A DNA stretch of 64,000 nt. Source: Porphyridium purpureum (Eukaryota). The notes under the pieces are model-generated. The model made no database searches. It was not told where the DNA came from and was given only the letters and a program-made list of their open reading frames with translations. Positions 1-11,054 of this stretch are shown piece after piece. The stretch's first letter is position 1. Each line of letters opens with the position of its first letter. Where the stretch lies: contig VRMN01000002.1 in NCBI GenBank assembly GCA_008690995.1, positions 124,001 to 188,000 of the forward strand, in the 5' to 3' direction. Position numbers and translations under genes: made by a program.

Positions 1-2
1 GG

Positions 3-3000
3 TACCTGTTCATCAACACCTGCACGCCCAATACCACAGCGCGAAGCGCATTGAGATGAAGAAGCATACGCTTCACCTGGATCAAGAGCGGTACCGCTAT
101 TGTAAGTATCCAGAAAGGCTGTAATCTTGCAACGGAGCTGCGACGCAAGCACAATTTTGACTTCATCGTCTTCACGTACGTGATCAAAAATGCCTCGTAA
201 GTGTGTACATACTGTCGCGCCACCACGGCTCCGAGGCACACGCTCTACTTTCAAGTGTCGTACGATGGCGATATCCTGTACAGACGGCATACCCTGCACA
301 GGGTCCCGTGGTAATACTCCTTTCGTCTGGATTGGATGTACATCAACGTCGATTGTCCCAATCAAGACGAGACGGGCATATCGAAGACGCTGACGTACGT
401 CATCCCAATACTGAATAAAGTCATACCTTTCCTTGCCGTAGTAGTCCCAGTACGCAACAAAGCGCTCACTCTGCATGTTCGCATGGTTGTGCCGCACGGC
501 GATACGAGGCGTATAGCACACCTTATACTCTTGCTCGTACGAGTTTTGCATTTCATCCGACATCCATGTGCGCCGACCCTTCTGAACGTGATGCGTAAGT
601 GAGTCCCACACCGTGACTGCTTCTTTCATGGTCGATGTACATCCAACTGACGCTGAGACCGTGTGTGTAGTGCTTGGAAACGAAGGCATCGCCGTCACTT
701 GAAAAGACCATTCATCTGTCGATCGCGCACGGACACAGGTCCAGGAGTAGACAATCCCTTCCGGCCACGACCCCGTGCATACCACATCTTCCGGTACTGG
801 AGCTGCTCTAAACTCTAAAGGATGTGTCGGTTCACCGATTCCATGGTCGTGCGACATTGACGGGATGCGCTCTGCCGGATCTAAAAGTAAGCTACTGATG
901 TCTGCAAGATCGAATCGCTCATGCTGTTCAAGCATGTATCTATGCGGTACCGCCAGATTTACGCCAGCCACTTTTCTGTGCACCCTTTTGCATATGCGCA
1001 TGAGAGACTCGCTTGTACAAGTGTCGTGTAATCGCTTGCGCCCGAACTCCTCCAGATCTTTGCACAGATGCAAGAGCGCATGAAGTTTTGGCGCATCCCA
1101 AACAATTCCCGTCAAGTACTTGAGCTGCTGTATCTTATCCATGAGACTCGATACTAGATCTCTTCCTTCACGTACGTGTGCATCTGTTGGTCGAGCAAGA
1201 GACATCTTCGCGTACACGGATAAGGCTTGACAACACGTGATAAGATACACTGCTTTCCAGGCAGGGCCCATGGTCTTGTAATATCCATCGCAGGCGACAG
1301 CCACAATGACTTGTACAAGTAGTCCTGGCGAGTACTTATTCTCCACCATCTTGGACAACTGCTCGAACGGATTTGGCGTACGTCGGATCGGAATGTATAC
1401 TCCGGAAGAACGTGATAGACGCTCACGATCTTGTACCGTGCTGATTACAACCAAGCACTTGCCCAATGCAGAGTTACGAATGCGTGTAATGTTGTCAGCC
1501 GTTCGGCGTCCACCACTTACCTTTCGGCGTTTCTTTTGTCGTGTGGTACCACCATCATCACCGTCACTCGTTTCCGAGGAGGTGATCTCGTCACTGTCAA
1601 TTTCCATATCTTGCCCGAACCCAGACGCGTCGAGTTGCGCCACGGAAGCTGTTCCGCGTATGCGTCTGTCTTGTGCGTACCGGTCCAGAATGTACAAGGC
1701 TATGTTTGCCAGTTGACGGAGTATTCCAAGCTTGAAGCCATGCATCCAGTCCACACCAACGAGTGCAAAGAGACCGCGTTTATCCCAACGATTGAGGTAC
1801 CTCGCTTTTGCACCTGGAATATGGCGTATATTATATTTTGCACGCTGCCTGGCAGCACCTCCGCCCGACTGCTCAGCTATCGCAAACATGGGCTCTTCTT
1901 CGCGGTACTCAAAGCTCGTGTACGCGTTGAATGCCTCAGATCCAGGAACAAGACATACTTGACAGGGCCGCTCCTGAGTCATACGCGAGTTCAACGTAAC
2001 ACTGATGGTCGCAACCATGGGCATATCGCACGCGAATCTGAACAGAACTGGGAGCCATTTGATCATGGACCCATTGCACCGTACGGCCAAAGCGTGACGC
2101 TGCAAAGCGGTCGGCTCCGACAATGTCATAAATGGATCAAGCAAGAACTGTAGCACACTGTGCATGACACAAGGAGTATCATCCGTCGCTTTGCCCGCAT
2201 CCGGTAGAACTGGCGCGTACGCGATCACACGCGGCTCAAGAGGTCCATCGTGCATGTACCTATGCACGAGGTACAACGAGATGGGAGTGAGCGAATGAAT
2301 TCCGTTTGCTCGCATCTGAGCACCTTCAATGCAAACCATGACAGGCACCAGCATGATATCGGGCGGTACCGCTTCACGTATACGGCGCAAGTGCGCAGCA
2401 TTCTGCGCATGCGTTAATACAGTCTCGCCGCGCTCATTTGTTATGTGTGCAACCTCAAATGCTTGGTCGCCATAGCGATGCAATGCAACAACAAGCTCTC
2501 GCGCAATCAAAACCATGGGGTCGCGGTACCGCAAATCCACGCGCAGTGTCTTTCCTGCACATGCAACGGAAAGTTGTTTGATGTGCACCGGCATCTTCGC
2601 GAGTCCAACGCGCTGCAAAATATTTCCGCTCAAAAATCCTTTCCTGTGTAGTGGCCGGTCACGTACATGAGTCTGACTGCGAGTGAACCAGGTCTTCAAG
2701 GCCGCTCTACAGCGGGCACTCAGCACGTACTTGCACATGATAAGCTCGAACTCCAACTCAATAAGAGGTATCCCACTGATTTCTTTTTCCGCGTACGCGG
2801 ACAACAGTGCCTGTATACTCTCCGTTGTCTGCTGTGCCGAGTACCCCACGGCATCCGCGGCTAACATGGGCATCGCTTCACGCACATGAGGTGCCTCTTC
2901 TTGCGTGCCAGCAGCGATTTCCTGTACACATTCCGAGTCCTGATCAGCCCAATATTCCACCGCGTGCGCGAAGCCTGCGTCCGTGTCTTGGCTCGCTCCA

Positions 3001-3215
3001 CTCAGAGTCGATTGTCCGTCCGACTCAGTGCACTCCGCGACCGCGTTTGCGGAAGCAACGACGGGGTGCCCCATGTCAATAGCGCTCTGACCATCAGGGC
3101 ATGCCACGATTCGTACCGGAACCCTGCAATGGCCCACGTGCGCTGCAAGACTCTGACGGATGGTAAATCCGAGCTGCAGCATGGACTTCCCACAAATTGG
3201 GCAGTGCTCCTGCAT
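3..3215 (-). CDS. Plavaka/CMC-like DNA transposase with N-terminal C2H2-like zinc finger (3' end beyond window)
   Basis: Hand translation of the minus frame shows no stop from ATG 3215 to base 3 (>=1071 codons; upstream TGA at 3240-3242). Motifs in order: CPICGKS..FTIRQSLAAHVGHC, YRDPM, VPPDIMLVPVMVCIEG, IAYAPV, MHSVLQFLLDPF, FACDMP, RPCQVCLVP, VDWMHGFKLG, WDAPKLHALLHLCKDLEEFG..DTCTSESL, YGKERYDF..YARLVLI. This matches the Plavaka motif order as I recall it. Confidence 0.8.
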   Translation of the reverse strand, partial: MQEHCPICGKSMLQLGFTIRQSLAAHVGHCRVPVRIVACPDGQSAIDMGHPVVASANAVAECTESDGQSTLSGASQDTDAGFAHAVEYWADQDSECVQEIAAGTQEEAPHVREAMPMLAADAVGYSAQQTTESIQALLSAYAEKEISGIPLIELEFELIMCKYVLSARCRAALKTWFTRSQTHVRDRPLHRKGFLSGNILQRVGLAKMPVHIKQLSVACAGKTLRVDLRYRDPMVLIARELVVALHRYGDQAFEVAHITNERGETVLTHAQNAAHLRRIREAVPPDIMLVPVMVCIEGAQMRANGIHSLTPISLYLVHRYMHDGPLEPRVIAYAPVLPDAGKATDDTPCVMHSVLQFLLDPFMTLSEPTALQRHALAVRCNGSMIKWLPVLFRFACDMPMVATISVTLNSRMTQERPCQVCLVPGSEAFNAYTSFEYREEEPMFAIAEQSGGGAARQRAKYNIRHIPGAKARYLNRWDKRGLFALVGVDWMHGFKLGILRQLANIALYILDRYAQDRRIRGTASVAQLDASGFGQDMEIDSDEITSSETSDGDDGGTTRQKKRRKVSGGRRTADNITRIRNSALGKCLVVISTVQDRERLSRSSGVYIPIRRTPNPFEQLSKMVENKYSPGLLVQVIVAVACDGYYKTMGPAWKAVYLITCCQALSVYAKMSLARPTDAHVREGRDLVSSLMDKIQQLKYLTGIVWDAPKLHALLHLCKDLEEFGRKRLHDTCTSESLMRICKRVHRKVAGVNLAVPHRYMLEQHERFDLADISSLLLDPAERIPSMSHDHGIGEPTHPLEFRAAPVPEDVVCTGSWPEGIVYSWTCVRARSTDEWSFQVTAMPSFPSTTHTVSASVGCTSTMKEAVTVWDSLTHHVQKGRRTWMSDEMQNSYEQEYKVCYTPRIAVRHNHANMQSERFVAYWDYYGKERYDFIQYWDDVRQRLRYARLVLIGTIDVDVHPIQTKGVLPRDPVQGMPSVQDIAIVRHLKVERVPRSRGGATVCTHLRGIFDHVREDDEVKIVLASQLRCKITAFLDTYNSGTALDPGEAYASSSQCASRCGIGRAGVDEQV

Positions 3216-3439
3216 TTCTCCAGTCCTTGCAGTGCTGCTTCACTTGGATGTTGCGTCTGTGTCTGGATGCTCTTACGCAATTAGAACGTGAACACGTGAT
3301 CCACAGAATCGGTACCGGAACGAGTTGACGAATGCCGACAGATTCTTTAACCACACCAAATGCCACGGCGCCAACTTTGTTTCGCACGTCAAACATTCCT
3401 AGACCTTTCCCGGAAACCATCTATAAGCGTTCGTCCTTT

Positions 3440-4003
3440 CAAATTTCAAGTATAAGTGCATCACCCTACATACGTACACCGCAGTTTATATACTTACATT
3501 GCACGGGTGCATTATGTGTCGCCCATTCTATACGTATATGATGGTATATCTGTGTACATTATATCAGTACATTCTATCTGCACCACCTTCTATGTGTTCA
3601 TCGCGATGTAAATCTTGTAGCGTACTACCATACATACGTACACCGAAGTGTATATATGTACAATACATGGGTTCATTTTGTAGTATGCATTATATGTTTG
3701 TATAAGGAGTTACATATGTACATTGTATGAGTACATTGTACGTGCTGCCTTAAATGGGTACGTAGTGGTTTACATCTTGCAAGTCGTCGCATTGTACATG
3801 TCCATAAAGAAGTATATGTGTACTATAAGCCGTGTATATGTGAGACTCGCCTTATATCGGTACATGGACATACTGTACGGAAACAAGGTATGGATATACG
3901 GCGACCATGTACGAATATAATATTCTTCGCCTTACATCGGTACATGTTCGCCGTATAGTGGTACATTTCGCCTCATATAGGTGAAAATGTGCCTTATATA
4001 CTG
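3440..4003. repeat. AT-rich, GTAC-rich subterminal repeats
   Basis: Degenerate ~160-bp direct repeat starting TACATACGTACACCG (~3467 and ~3631). TCGCCTTAYATCGGTACATG occurs at ~3847 and ~3927. ~21-bp periodic units run ~3925-4003, and TATACGGCGA..CATGTAC forms an inverted pair (3895-3913 vs 3939-3957). Confidence 0.7.
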
Positions 4004-4871
4004 CAAATCCTCAAAATAAAAGACACAGACTGACCGCTGACACTCAAATTCGACCTCAAAAGGCTGGCCTTGACAAGACGGCATGAGCTGGAACAAATGA
4101 ATTGGGCCACAGTTGTGTTCAGGGACGAAATAAAGTGCAATCTGGATGGGCCAGATGCTATCCACATGACGTGGCTTGAGCGTACGAACGATCTTTCAAA
4201 CGTTTGGTCGTGACATTTGGGCGGCGGTCGATGCACTGCTTGGTGCGCCATTTTTGTGACAGGAGATGTTCACTTTCAACTCATTCACAGGATCTTCGCC
4301 GCTGCCAATTGTGTTTCCATGCTTCAGAATGACGGCGTGCTGGACCGCTGCCGTCAGATGGTGGACCCGAACATGGTTTTTCTCCAGGATATCGCGCTGG
4401 TGTACAAAAGTCGCCTGGCTAAGAATTTCATGATTGACAAGAATGTGGAGCTTCGAGACTGGCCAGCATACTCGCCGGACCTCAATGTCATCGAGAACAT
4501 GTGGGAGATACCAGCGCCCAAGGTTTACGTGGGTGCAAGGGAGTGTCAGATGGTGCTGGAGCTGAAAAATACCATCTTACTGGTTTGGGAGACTTTGGAC
4601 CAGCCTTAACCAGTCAATTTGAACGCGTCTCTACCGAAACGCATATTCAACTGTGCGCATCTTTGAGGCGCATACGCACAAGGAAACGGCGACCGATTCC
4701 GACCTTTCATTGCTGAGTAATGGCTGGAACTGTGTCGTGTCCCCTATCCGTTTTGACCTCTGCCACATGCCCTTTTCACCGGACCTCTTTCCCTTTTATA
4801 GTAAAGCAGATCATTTTACTAGTAAAACTTGGAAAAAGGTACTGTCCCCTATCCGATTTGGTCGCACCTTA
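4001..4871 (+). mobile_element. Tc1/Tc3-like (DD34E) transposon, 3' part, pseudogenised
   Basis: Frame reads NWATVVFRDEIKCNLDGPD..*HLGGG..FLQD-(34 aa)-E with WPAYSPDLNVIENMW. In-frame TGA at 4031 and 4211. The terminal region has TGTCCCCTATCCG twice (4738, 4843) and ends at a TA (4870-4871). Confidence 0.85.
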
Positions 4872-4907
4872 TGTGCGAGATCTGCGCGGTGCTTGACGGT
4901 GGATAGG

Positions 4908-5852
4908 ATGTTCGTCGCGTTTGTAGGCGCCGCGCACGCGCTTGGCGGCGCGCAGCCGTGTCAGCATGCACGGTCCGTCCGCCAGACAATGTTCGCACCG
5001 TGGTGCACGCGTCGCCCGGTGGGGGCATCCGCGTCCAAGAAGATGCGGCAGATGCAGCACCGGCCCGCGCGGATCTCGACGCCGCTGCAGATGCAGCGCG
5101 GCGACGATGAAGACTCTTCTTCTTCTGCAGTGTCGTGGAAGACCGTCGGCGCGGTTTTTGCGCTTACCGCATTTGTGTTCTCGTCGCTCGCGCCGCTGTA
5201 CTTTGCAGCGACCAGCGGCAGCGCCTCGGTGAGCAAGGCCGAAATTGCCGAGCGCTTGCACGCCGTGCCAGTGTTTAGCGTCACAGACACCCAGGGCAAG
5301 CCTTACCTTGCCGAGCTGACGAGCAAGGAACGCCTGGGCTTATTCTACTTGGACCCGAGTGAGGCCGAGGCGCAGATGCGCTACGTTCAGTCTCAGGGAG
5401 AAACCGACGCTCGCGTGCTGCCCGTTGCGCTCGACGACGCGCTCAAGTTCACGGCGCGACCACCGCGCGCAGATGAATCGAGTAAGGATGTGTTTAAGCT
5501 CAAGGCCAAGGCACGTGAGCTGCAGCTCGCCCAGCAAATGACAGGCAAGGCTGAGACATTTGGCGAGGACTCGGTGCCTCTCTTCTACCTTGAGGGTCTG
5601 GCGTTCAAGCGGAACGGTGCGCGCGTCTTCCCTCTGTTTTTCAACTACGAGGAGCTGAACGCGTACGTGCAGCAGCTGCGCAAGCAAGGCACGGTGGATG
5701 AGAAAACACTCGAGGCGTCCAACGTGAACATCGTGGATCTCAACATGGTACTCTCGGAGCTCGCGTCGCCGCGGCGCGACCCCATCTGGAACGAAGTTGT
5801 GTTTCTGCCGCCACAGGACGGGATGAACTTTATGAAAGCGGTGCAAAAGTGA
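4908..5852 (+). CDS. TIC22: Tic22-family plastid protein
   Basis: Transit peptide MFVAFVGAA; IAERLHAVPVFSVTDTQGKPYL, GLFYLDPSEA, VLPVALDDA, VPLFY, FPLFFNYEEL are Tic22-like motifs. Start set at the first in-frame ATG after the transposon end. Confidence 0.75.
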   Translation: MFVAFVGAAHALGGAQPCQHARSVRQTMFAPWCTRRPVGASASKKMRQMQHRPARISTPLQMQRGDDEDSSSSAVSWKTVGAVFALTAFVFSSLAPLYFAATSGSASVSKAEIAERLHAVPVFSVTDTQGKPYLAELTSKERLGLFYLDPSEAEAQMRYVQSQGETDARVLPVALDDALKFTARPPRADESSKDVFKLKAKARELQLAQQMTGKAETFGEDSVPLFYLEGLAFKRNGARVFPLFFNYEELNAYVQQLRKQGTVDEKTLEASNVNIVDLNMVLSELASPRRDPIWNEVVFLPPQDGMNFMKAVQK

Positions 5853-6071
5853 CACGCACGTGTGTCTCGCACGGGTGATATGACGACGCGGGTCTGACGA
5901 AGGGTGCGTGCTCCGCGCTGGAACGTCGGGCTCGTGCACGGACGGGCGCTCTTGTGCGGCGCTGTGCGCGGGGGCGTATGGTCCAGTGTTCGTATTTACG
6001 CTTTGCATATTTTACAAAATAAATGACACCATTCTGATGCGCGGCCAGCATTGGCTCGCCAGCCTACCTGT

Positions 6072-6800
6072 TCATGGAGCGAGAGCGAGAGAGAGCAGGC
6101 GTGAACGCGACATGGTAAACTGCTCGGCGCCGACGTAGAGCTCAAAGTTGAGCATTTTCAGCATCTGGCGCTCCAACATGGCCACCTCCCGGCTGTCGCC
6201 AATGCCGCCCACTTGCGCAATGCCCCGCGCGCTGTAGCACACGTCTTCGGTGTATTTCATGCCAAGGTTAACCGCACTCAGCAGCAGCCGGTGCACATTG
6301 TACGAGTTGATGCAGATCGCGCCCCGATGTCGCAGTTGCGCCAAGTACACCATGGCAGTCACAAAGGCAGCTGTCGATATGTCGAGGAACTTGAGCATCC
6401 GCGCGGCGTATGCGCGGATGTCAATGCTGCTCGGGACCTGCGAGTAGAAGATGGCCGTGGGGTCTTTTCGAGACGGTAGCACGACGTGTGAATCATTCAA
6501 GTCACACTGCTCCCGGAGAATGTCCGCAACAGAATCCAGAAGCCGCTCCTTCTCCTGCGGCGTGAGCTCTGTTGCGTCAAACTGGGTGCCTTCACTCATC
6601 ACGGACTCGATCGACTCGGACCGTTGCAAGCCTGCGCCCGCTTGCGCCGCCATGTTAACTTTTTTGAGCATCTCACAGGGCTGCAGTGTCGGTCCAAGAG
6701 GCTGGCGCCGGTGCTCGATCGTGTCCGTGCCTTCGGGGCTCGACACGTCGCTCAAGTCTGCGTCGAACGCCATACTCCAAAGGTGCAGCACTCGATCCAT
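6072..6800 (-). CDS. PHO80/CYCU(P)-like cyclin, copy 1
   Basis: IFYSQVPSSIDIRAYAARMLKF, FVTAMVYL, INSYNVHRLLLSAVNLGMKYTEDVCYS, AQVGGI, LERQMLKMLNFELYV. Confidence 0.9.
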   Translation of the reverse strand: MDRVLHLWSMAFDADLSDVSSPEGTDTIEHRRQPLGPTLQPCEMLKKVNMAAQAGAGLQRSESIESVMSEGTQFDATELTPQEKERLLDSVADILREQCDLNDSHVVLPSRKDPTAIFYSQVPSSIDIRAYAARMLKFLDISTAAFVTAMVYLAQLRHRGAICINSYNVHRLLLSAVNLGMKYTEDVCYSARGIAQVGGIGDSREVAMLERQMLKMLNFELYVGAEQFTMSRSRLLSLALAP

Positions 6801-8478
6801 GACTGCGCCAGCAGCTCCGTGCGGTTTGCGCTGCTTCGTGCTGTGTGCCGATTCCAGGTACCAGCAACAGCGCAGCGGGCGGGCACTACCTCTGTCTGAC
6901 TGTACATGCGATGAAGCAGCATGTGCGCCAGCAGCCGCTCCCCCGCTACCCGCTTGATGCGTCGCGCACCATTTTATACACGCGCGCCGCCGCCCACGTG
7001 CGTGCAGAATACGACACGAGCCCCGGTGGTGAGTCGCACCCATCCGCGAGCTGCCGACGCATGGTTGCGGCGTGTCCAGACGCGCGGCCGGCACCCAGCG
7101 GACACGCGGGAAGCATCGCCGGTCACGCACTGTGTGCACGCGCGGTGCGGTGCCACTGCATCACTAAACAGCGCCGAAAATCCAGCGCCGTGCTTTGGCG
7201 CAGTGACTGCGAGTGTCCCGACAACAGCTATTTATAGCCTTGGCAGAACGCCGCCAAAACGCTCAACTGAATTTGAAAGGACACGCGCTCGACCGCTCGC
7301 GCCGAGTTGAACCGGTGTGTGAGAGGTTATTTCCCCTACCGGTGCGGGCTTCGTGCCACCAGTCGGTGCGGAGAGGATGCTGCTCGATGGGGCGGGACCC
7401 AAGAATGCAATAGTACTGCCCGATGCGTCGGCCTCGTACGACTGTCGACCTCTTCCGACGCACGCGTCTACTGGAAGAAGGTTACTCGCAGCTGGATAAA
7501 CAACGAGTCTGACCGCTGTCTGTCTCCCACGGGACGCTAGTTTTGCCCGTGCCGCTGGCTTTTTGTAACCCAGGCGCGGTAGAGTGATGATTGGCGTCAC
7601 TGCTTTGGCTGTGACAGCCAGTGCGAGTATGCAAGTGCACCGACACTTTGCGCATTTTCTGCACGCATGAGGGGCAAAAACAAGTTGGACAACGGGAAGG
7701 AACGAAAACGGCCAAGTTAAAGCTTCGGAAATTGATGGGACTGCATCGTGTTCCGTGCGCATCAATAAGGAGACGTCCCGCCGTCAGAGCCACAACTTGA
7801 TCCGCCTGGGGCTCGACCGCTACTTTCCCTTGAAAGCAGCTCATCAGCGCCTGCAACACGCACGTGAGAGAGCCCTACGCAGCGTGGCACCTTCGAGTGT
7901 TTCATTGTGAGTATTTGGATCCTGACGTTTGGACGCCTCTGCTTTCATATCGCGAGCGGGTGGTGATGTACAGCTCAAACCAGCCGCTGCGCTGTGATGG
8001 AGTGACGCCGCGAACAACGGTTGCCGCTTGCACATCCCAGCGCGCGCAAGGAAGCAGAGGGGCATGCCGGCCGCAGTGGCCACCAACGTAGTGCTGGCCA
8101 TGGGGAAGGAGAGCGCACCAGCCCGGATAGAGTAGGACGGCAAGGCCAGTGCGCGCGATGCTGAGAAAGGAAGCAATGCCTCGATCTTGCATGCCCTGGC
8201 TTATGGGACAACACGGAGATGGCATCGATATTGATCTGAGAGTGCGACAAGAGGTGCACCGAGCAGTACGAAACTACGCTTGTGAAATAACCGGGGGCTA
8301 GAAGTCGCAGAACAGTCAGACACTGCCGCCTTTTCCGTGCGGTTCGCGTTGGACTTTAAAGTTCAGCACAGTCGGTCACCACGACCCAAACGGGTGCCAA
8401 TAGGTCGTACACATGCTGTTCTGCGCTTGGCCTTATCCGTATACAACGGCTCAGTTTCTTCGCGAAGGCGATGACCTC

Positions 8479-8557
8479 TTCTAGACGCTTCTACGAATTT
8501 CCTCGGGTACGTAGAAGTTTCTAAACGTTTCGAGGATTTCTAGAAACTGCTAGACCG
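8479..8557. promoter_or_regulatory. Degenerate heat-shock-element-like array
   Basis: About 8 units with ~10-bp period and consensus TTCTAGAAnn: ttctagacgc ttctacgaat ttcctcgggt acgtagaagt ttctaaacgt ttcgaggat ttctagaaac tgctagaccg. Confidence 0.5.
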
Positions 8558-9399
8558 GGATTACTGACAGAAACTTCCCTTTTCATCCCTCTTAGCACTT
8601 CGCAGTCCCCGACGGGAATTACGCTTATGAACGAGCGATGGGTCTACCCCGATTTGCCGGTCAGATCTTACTCGCAGGCAGAAGAGCAGAGCAAGCCAAG
8701 GAGAACAGAGTTGCAGTAGAACCACAAGGGGCCAAACTTGCGAATATATCAGATGTGTTTATTTCGCCATTTTGCGGCCCCGCCTGTTCCTTTCTCTGCT
8801 TGCGAGACTATTGCTTCTTGCGCGAGCCGAAAGCCTCATAGCTGCATCGACACTGCAGTTTCTGTGCTGTTGGTATTGTTCTTCGCTTCGTTCTCTATCT
8901 CTGTTGTCCTATATCTTGTTTGCGACGCCAGGTTTCGAGCGGGCAAATGCCTGCCAGGACGAGCAGCCTTTCTCGCAAGCGCACGGTCTTTTACTTCTGT
9001 TTCTTTTTAGCCTATGCGCGCGCAAGCTGTCTCGTCGTCCTGTGCTGTGCTCTATCTTTTCTATTTCGGGTTACCGTGGATTTTTTTTTCTCGTCAGAAC
9101 CGCGGCTTTCACACGAGGAGACACGAACCTTCCTGTGCTCGCCGCACGTACCGCGGCAATAATAAGCACAGCGTGCCGTTAGGAGCGTGAAACTGGAGTC
9201 CAATTGAAGAAACCATGACGAACGCGCATCCAACTACCACGTCACCCGGTGCGACTTGCACAGAGCTCAATTTCTTCTTGTCGCTTCAAGATTTGCTCCA
9301 TCCATGCAACTATCCTCGTCACATTGGTGCACATCAAAGTTACGGACAAACGCAGATGTGGCACTTGAAAGTCCACGAGCAGACGCCTTATCAATGGCG

Positions 9400-11054
9400 C
9401 GCGCGTCGCGGCATGGATGGCGAGGACTACGAGGCTGGCGCAGGCAATGGTGAGCGCGAAGGCGACCGGGTAGCTAGAGGAGACAAACAAGCTTGAGACA
9501 ACGGTCGGAAAGTGATCAATGGGAATGTCGGGGCGGCAACACAAATCGTCCATGGTCGGACGCCACGCACAAGTGGTGCCCAGTGGTAGCGGCAGAGGCA
9601 GTGGCAGTGGCAGCGGCAGCGCCAGTGGCAGCAGTAGCGGTCTGGGCGCAAGCAATCGCGTCAAGATGGAAAGGTCCGCGCACGTGCAGTGCCTGCCATC
9701 CGGTGGTCCTGTGCTAGGTGGCAACGTGGTCAAGATCACGGGCGTACCCAAGAACTACTTTGTTGAGAACTCCGATGGTGATAATGATTCGGACGAGGGC
9801 GATGACAACAAAGCGTGCACGTGCCATCAAAAACCCAACAAGGACGGGGACGATACAGAGAGTGCAGAGCGCGACTCATTGAGCGAAGCAATGGACGGCT
9901 GGGTCAAATTTTCATGCGGCGTGGAGCTCTTCTTTGGACTGGTTCCAGTTCCGTACACCGCGACCATTGACAACGACGGAAACAATGTACTGATTGCGAC
10001 TGTGCCACGAGCGGCTTACGTGGGCGAAGTGGACGTGAAGCTGAAGCTTGACGGCAGGGTCATTGCGATGACCAAGTATAACTACGAGAGCGCTCTGCTG
10101 AGCGCACCGGACCATGGAGAGCCACACATGGAATTGAACTTGCCCTCCAAGTGTGTCAGTATCTTGCGCCACCTGCGTAGATTGCATGTGGCAAGCGCTT
10201 ACCCAGAGCATCGCAGCAAAGCTTCGGGGAAGCTGTAGGCACGGATCCAATCGTCCTTTTTGCGTGGGTGTCGTGAAAAGCCTTCGTATTCGCAGAAGCC
10301 ATGTGGACATCTGGCAGGTAACTGTGGCGTGGGGCCTTGGTGTGTCGCTTGCTTTCTGCTGCACGGCCTCGATTTCAGGCAAGCCCGTTGACTGCGCGGT
10401 ATCCGTTGCGCCGCCTCTGCTGCGTCCTGAAGTTTTTGCGCAGCGCTGGCTAGTGCCATGCTAGCTTGCGCAATTCGTCGGCGCTATTGTTTCGGACGCC
10501 ATCTGTCTGCTTGCGAACAACGGGCCAACCGCGGCGTTCGAGGCAAGAGTCAATGTTATCCATGGCGAGCCGAGCAGCATCCTGTCCGTACAGGCGTACA
10601 GCGAGTACTTCCGCAAAGCCGGGGCTCTTGTCCACTTTGGTGCCGGCGTTCGCGAAGGACCCGGTCGCCATCAATCCCACGCTCAAATGGCCTGTCGGAA
10701 CCGGGCCGTAAGGGGAAGCTTGGGCATCGAGATATGGGGCGCGGCGGTGCTGATGTTTGCCATTCTTGCGCTGACGGACAAGCGGAACACCGCGTTAGGG
10801 CAGAAGGAGATGGCGCCGTTTTTATCGTTGGCTTGACGCTGGCATAGCTGATCTCACTAGACGCGCCGATGAAAGAGGCTGGCTACAACTCCGCGCGCGA
10901 CTGAGGCCCGCGGATTGTGTCAGAGATGGCCGGCTGGGGCAAGTTCACGTTCTCATGGCCACAGAGGGCGTGGTGGACCAATTTGGGTGGCCCATGGACC
11001 GGCGCCCGGCGTAGTAGTGCCTTTGTCGAGTTTATTTTTGTGCACGGCTTGTGA
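9400..11054 (+). pseudogene. IPT/TIG-aquaglyceroporin pseudogene
   Basis: Collinear with ~13250-14833, but has a stop at 10236-10238 plus further stops and frameshifts. Both NPA motifs are eroded (second reads YNSARD*GP). The IPT part is still open (9519-10238). Confidence 0.85.

Larger units (their letters stand above)
1..4003 (-). mobile_element. Plavaka/CMC-like DNA transposon (one end in window)
   Basis: The transposase ORF is preceded by an AT-rich block of subterminal direct and inverted repeats that ends abruptly at ~4003, where Tc1 coding sequence resumes. Confidence 0.65.

Noticed and set aside
190..3420. Many short ORFs listed on both strands (e.g. 1431-2153 +)
   Set aside because: Shadows of the long minus-strand transposase frame; no motifs of their own.
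3954..3960. CACTA pentamer on the minus strand as a CACTA-element terminus
   Set aside because: It lies inside the ~21-bp repeat array, which continues to ~4003, so it is probably not the true end.
3440..4003. CRISPR-like array
   Set aside because: Repeats are degenerate, with no regular unique spacers and no cas genes; the context is a eukaryotic transposon end.
7810..8730. VAVEPQ peptide present in two opposite-strand short ORFs
   Set aside because: No extended nucleotide similarity; likely coincidence.
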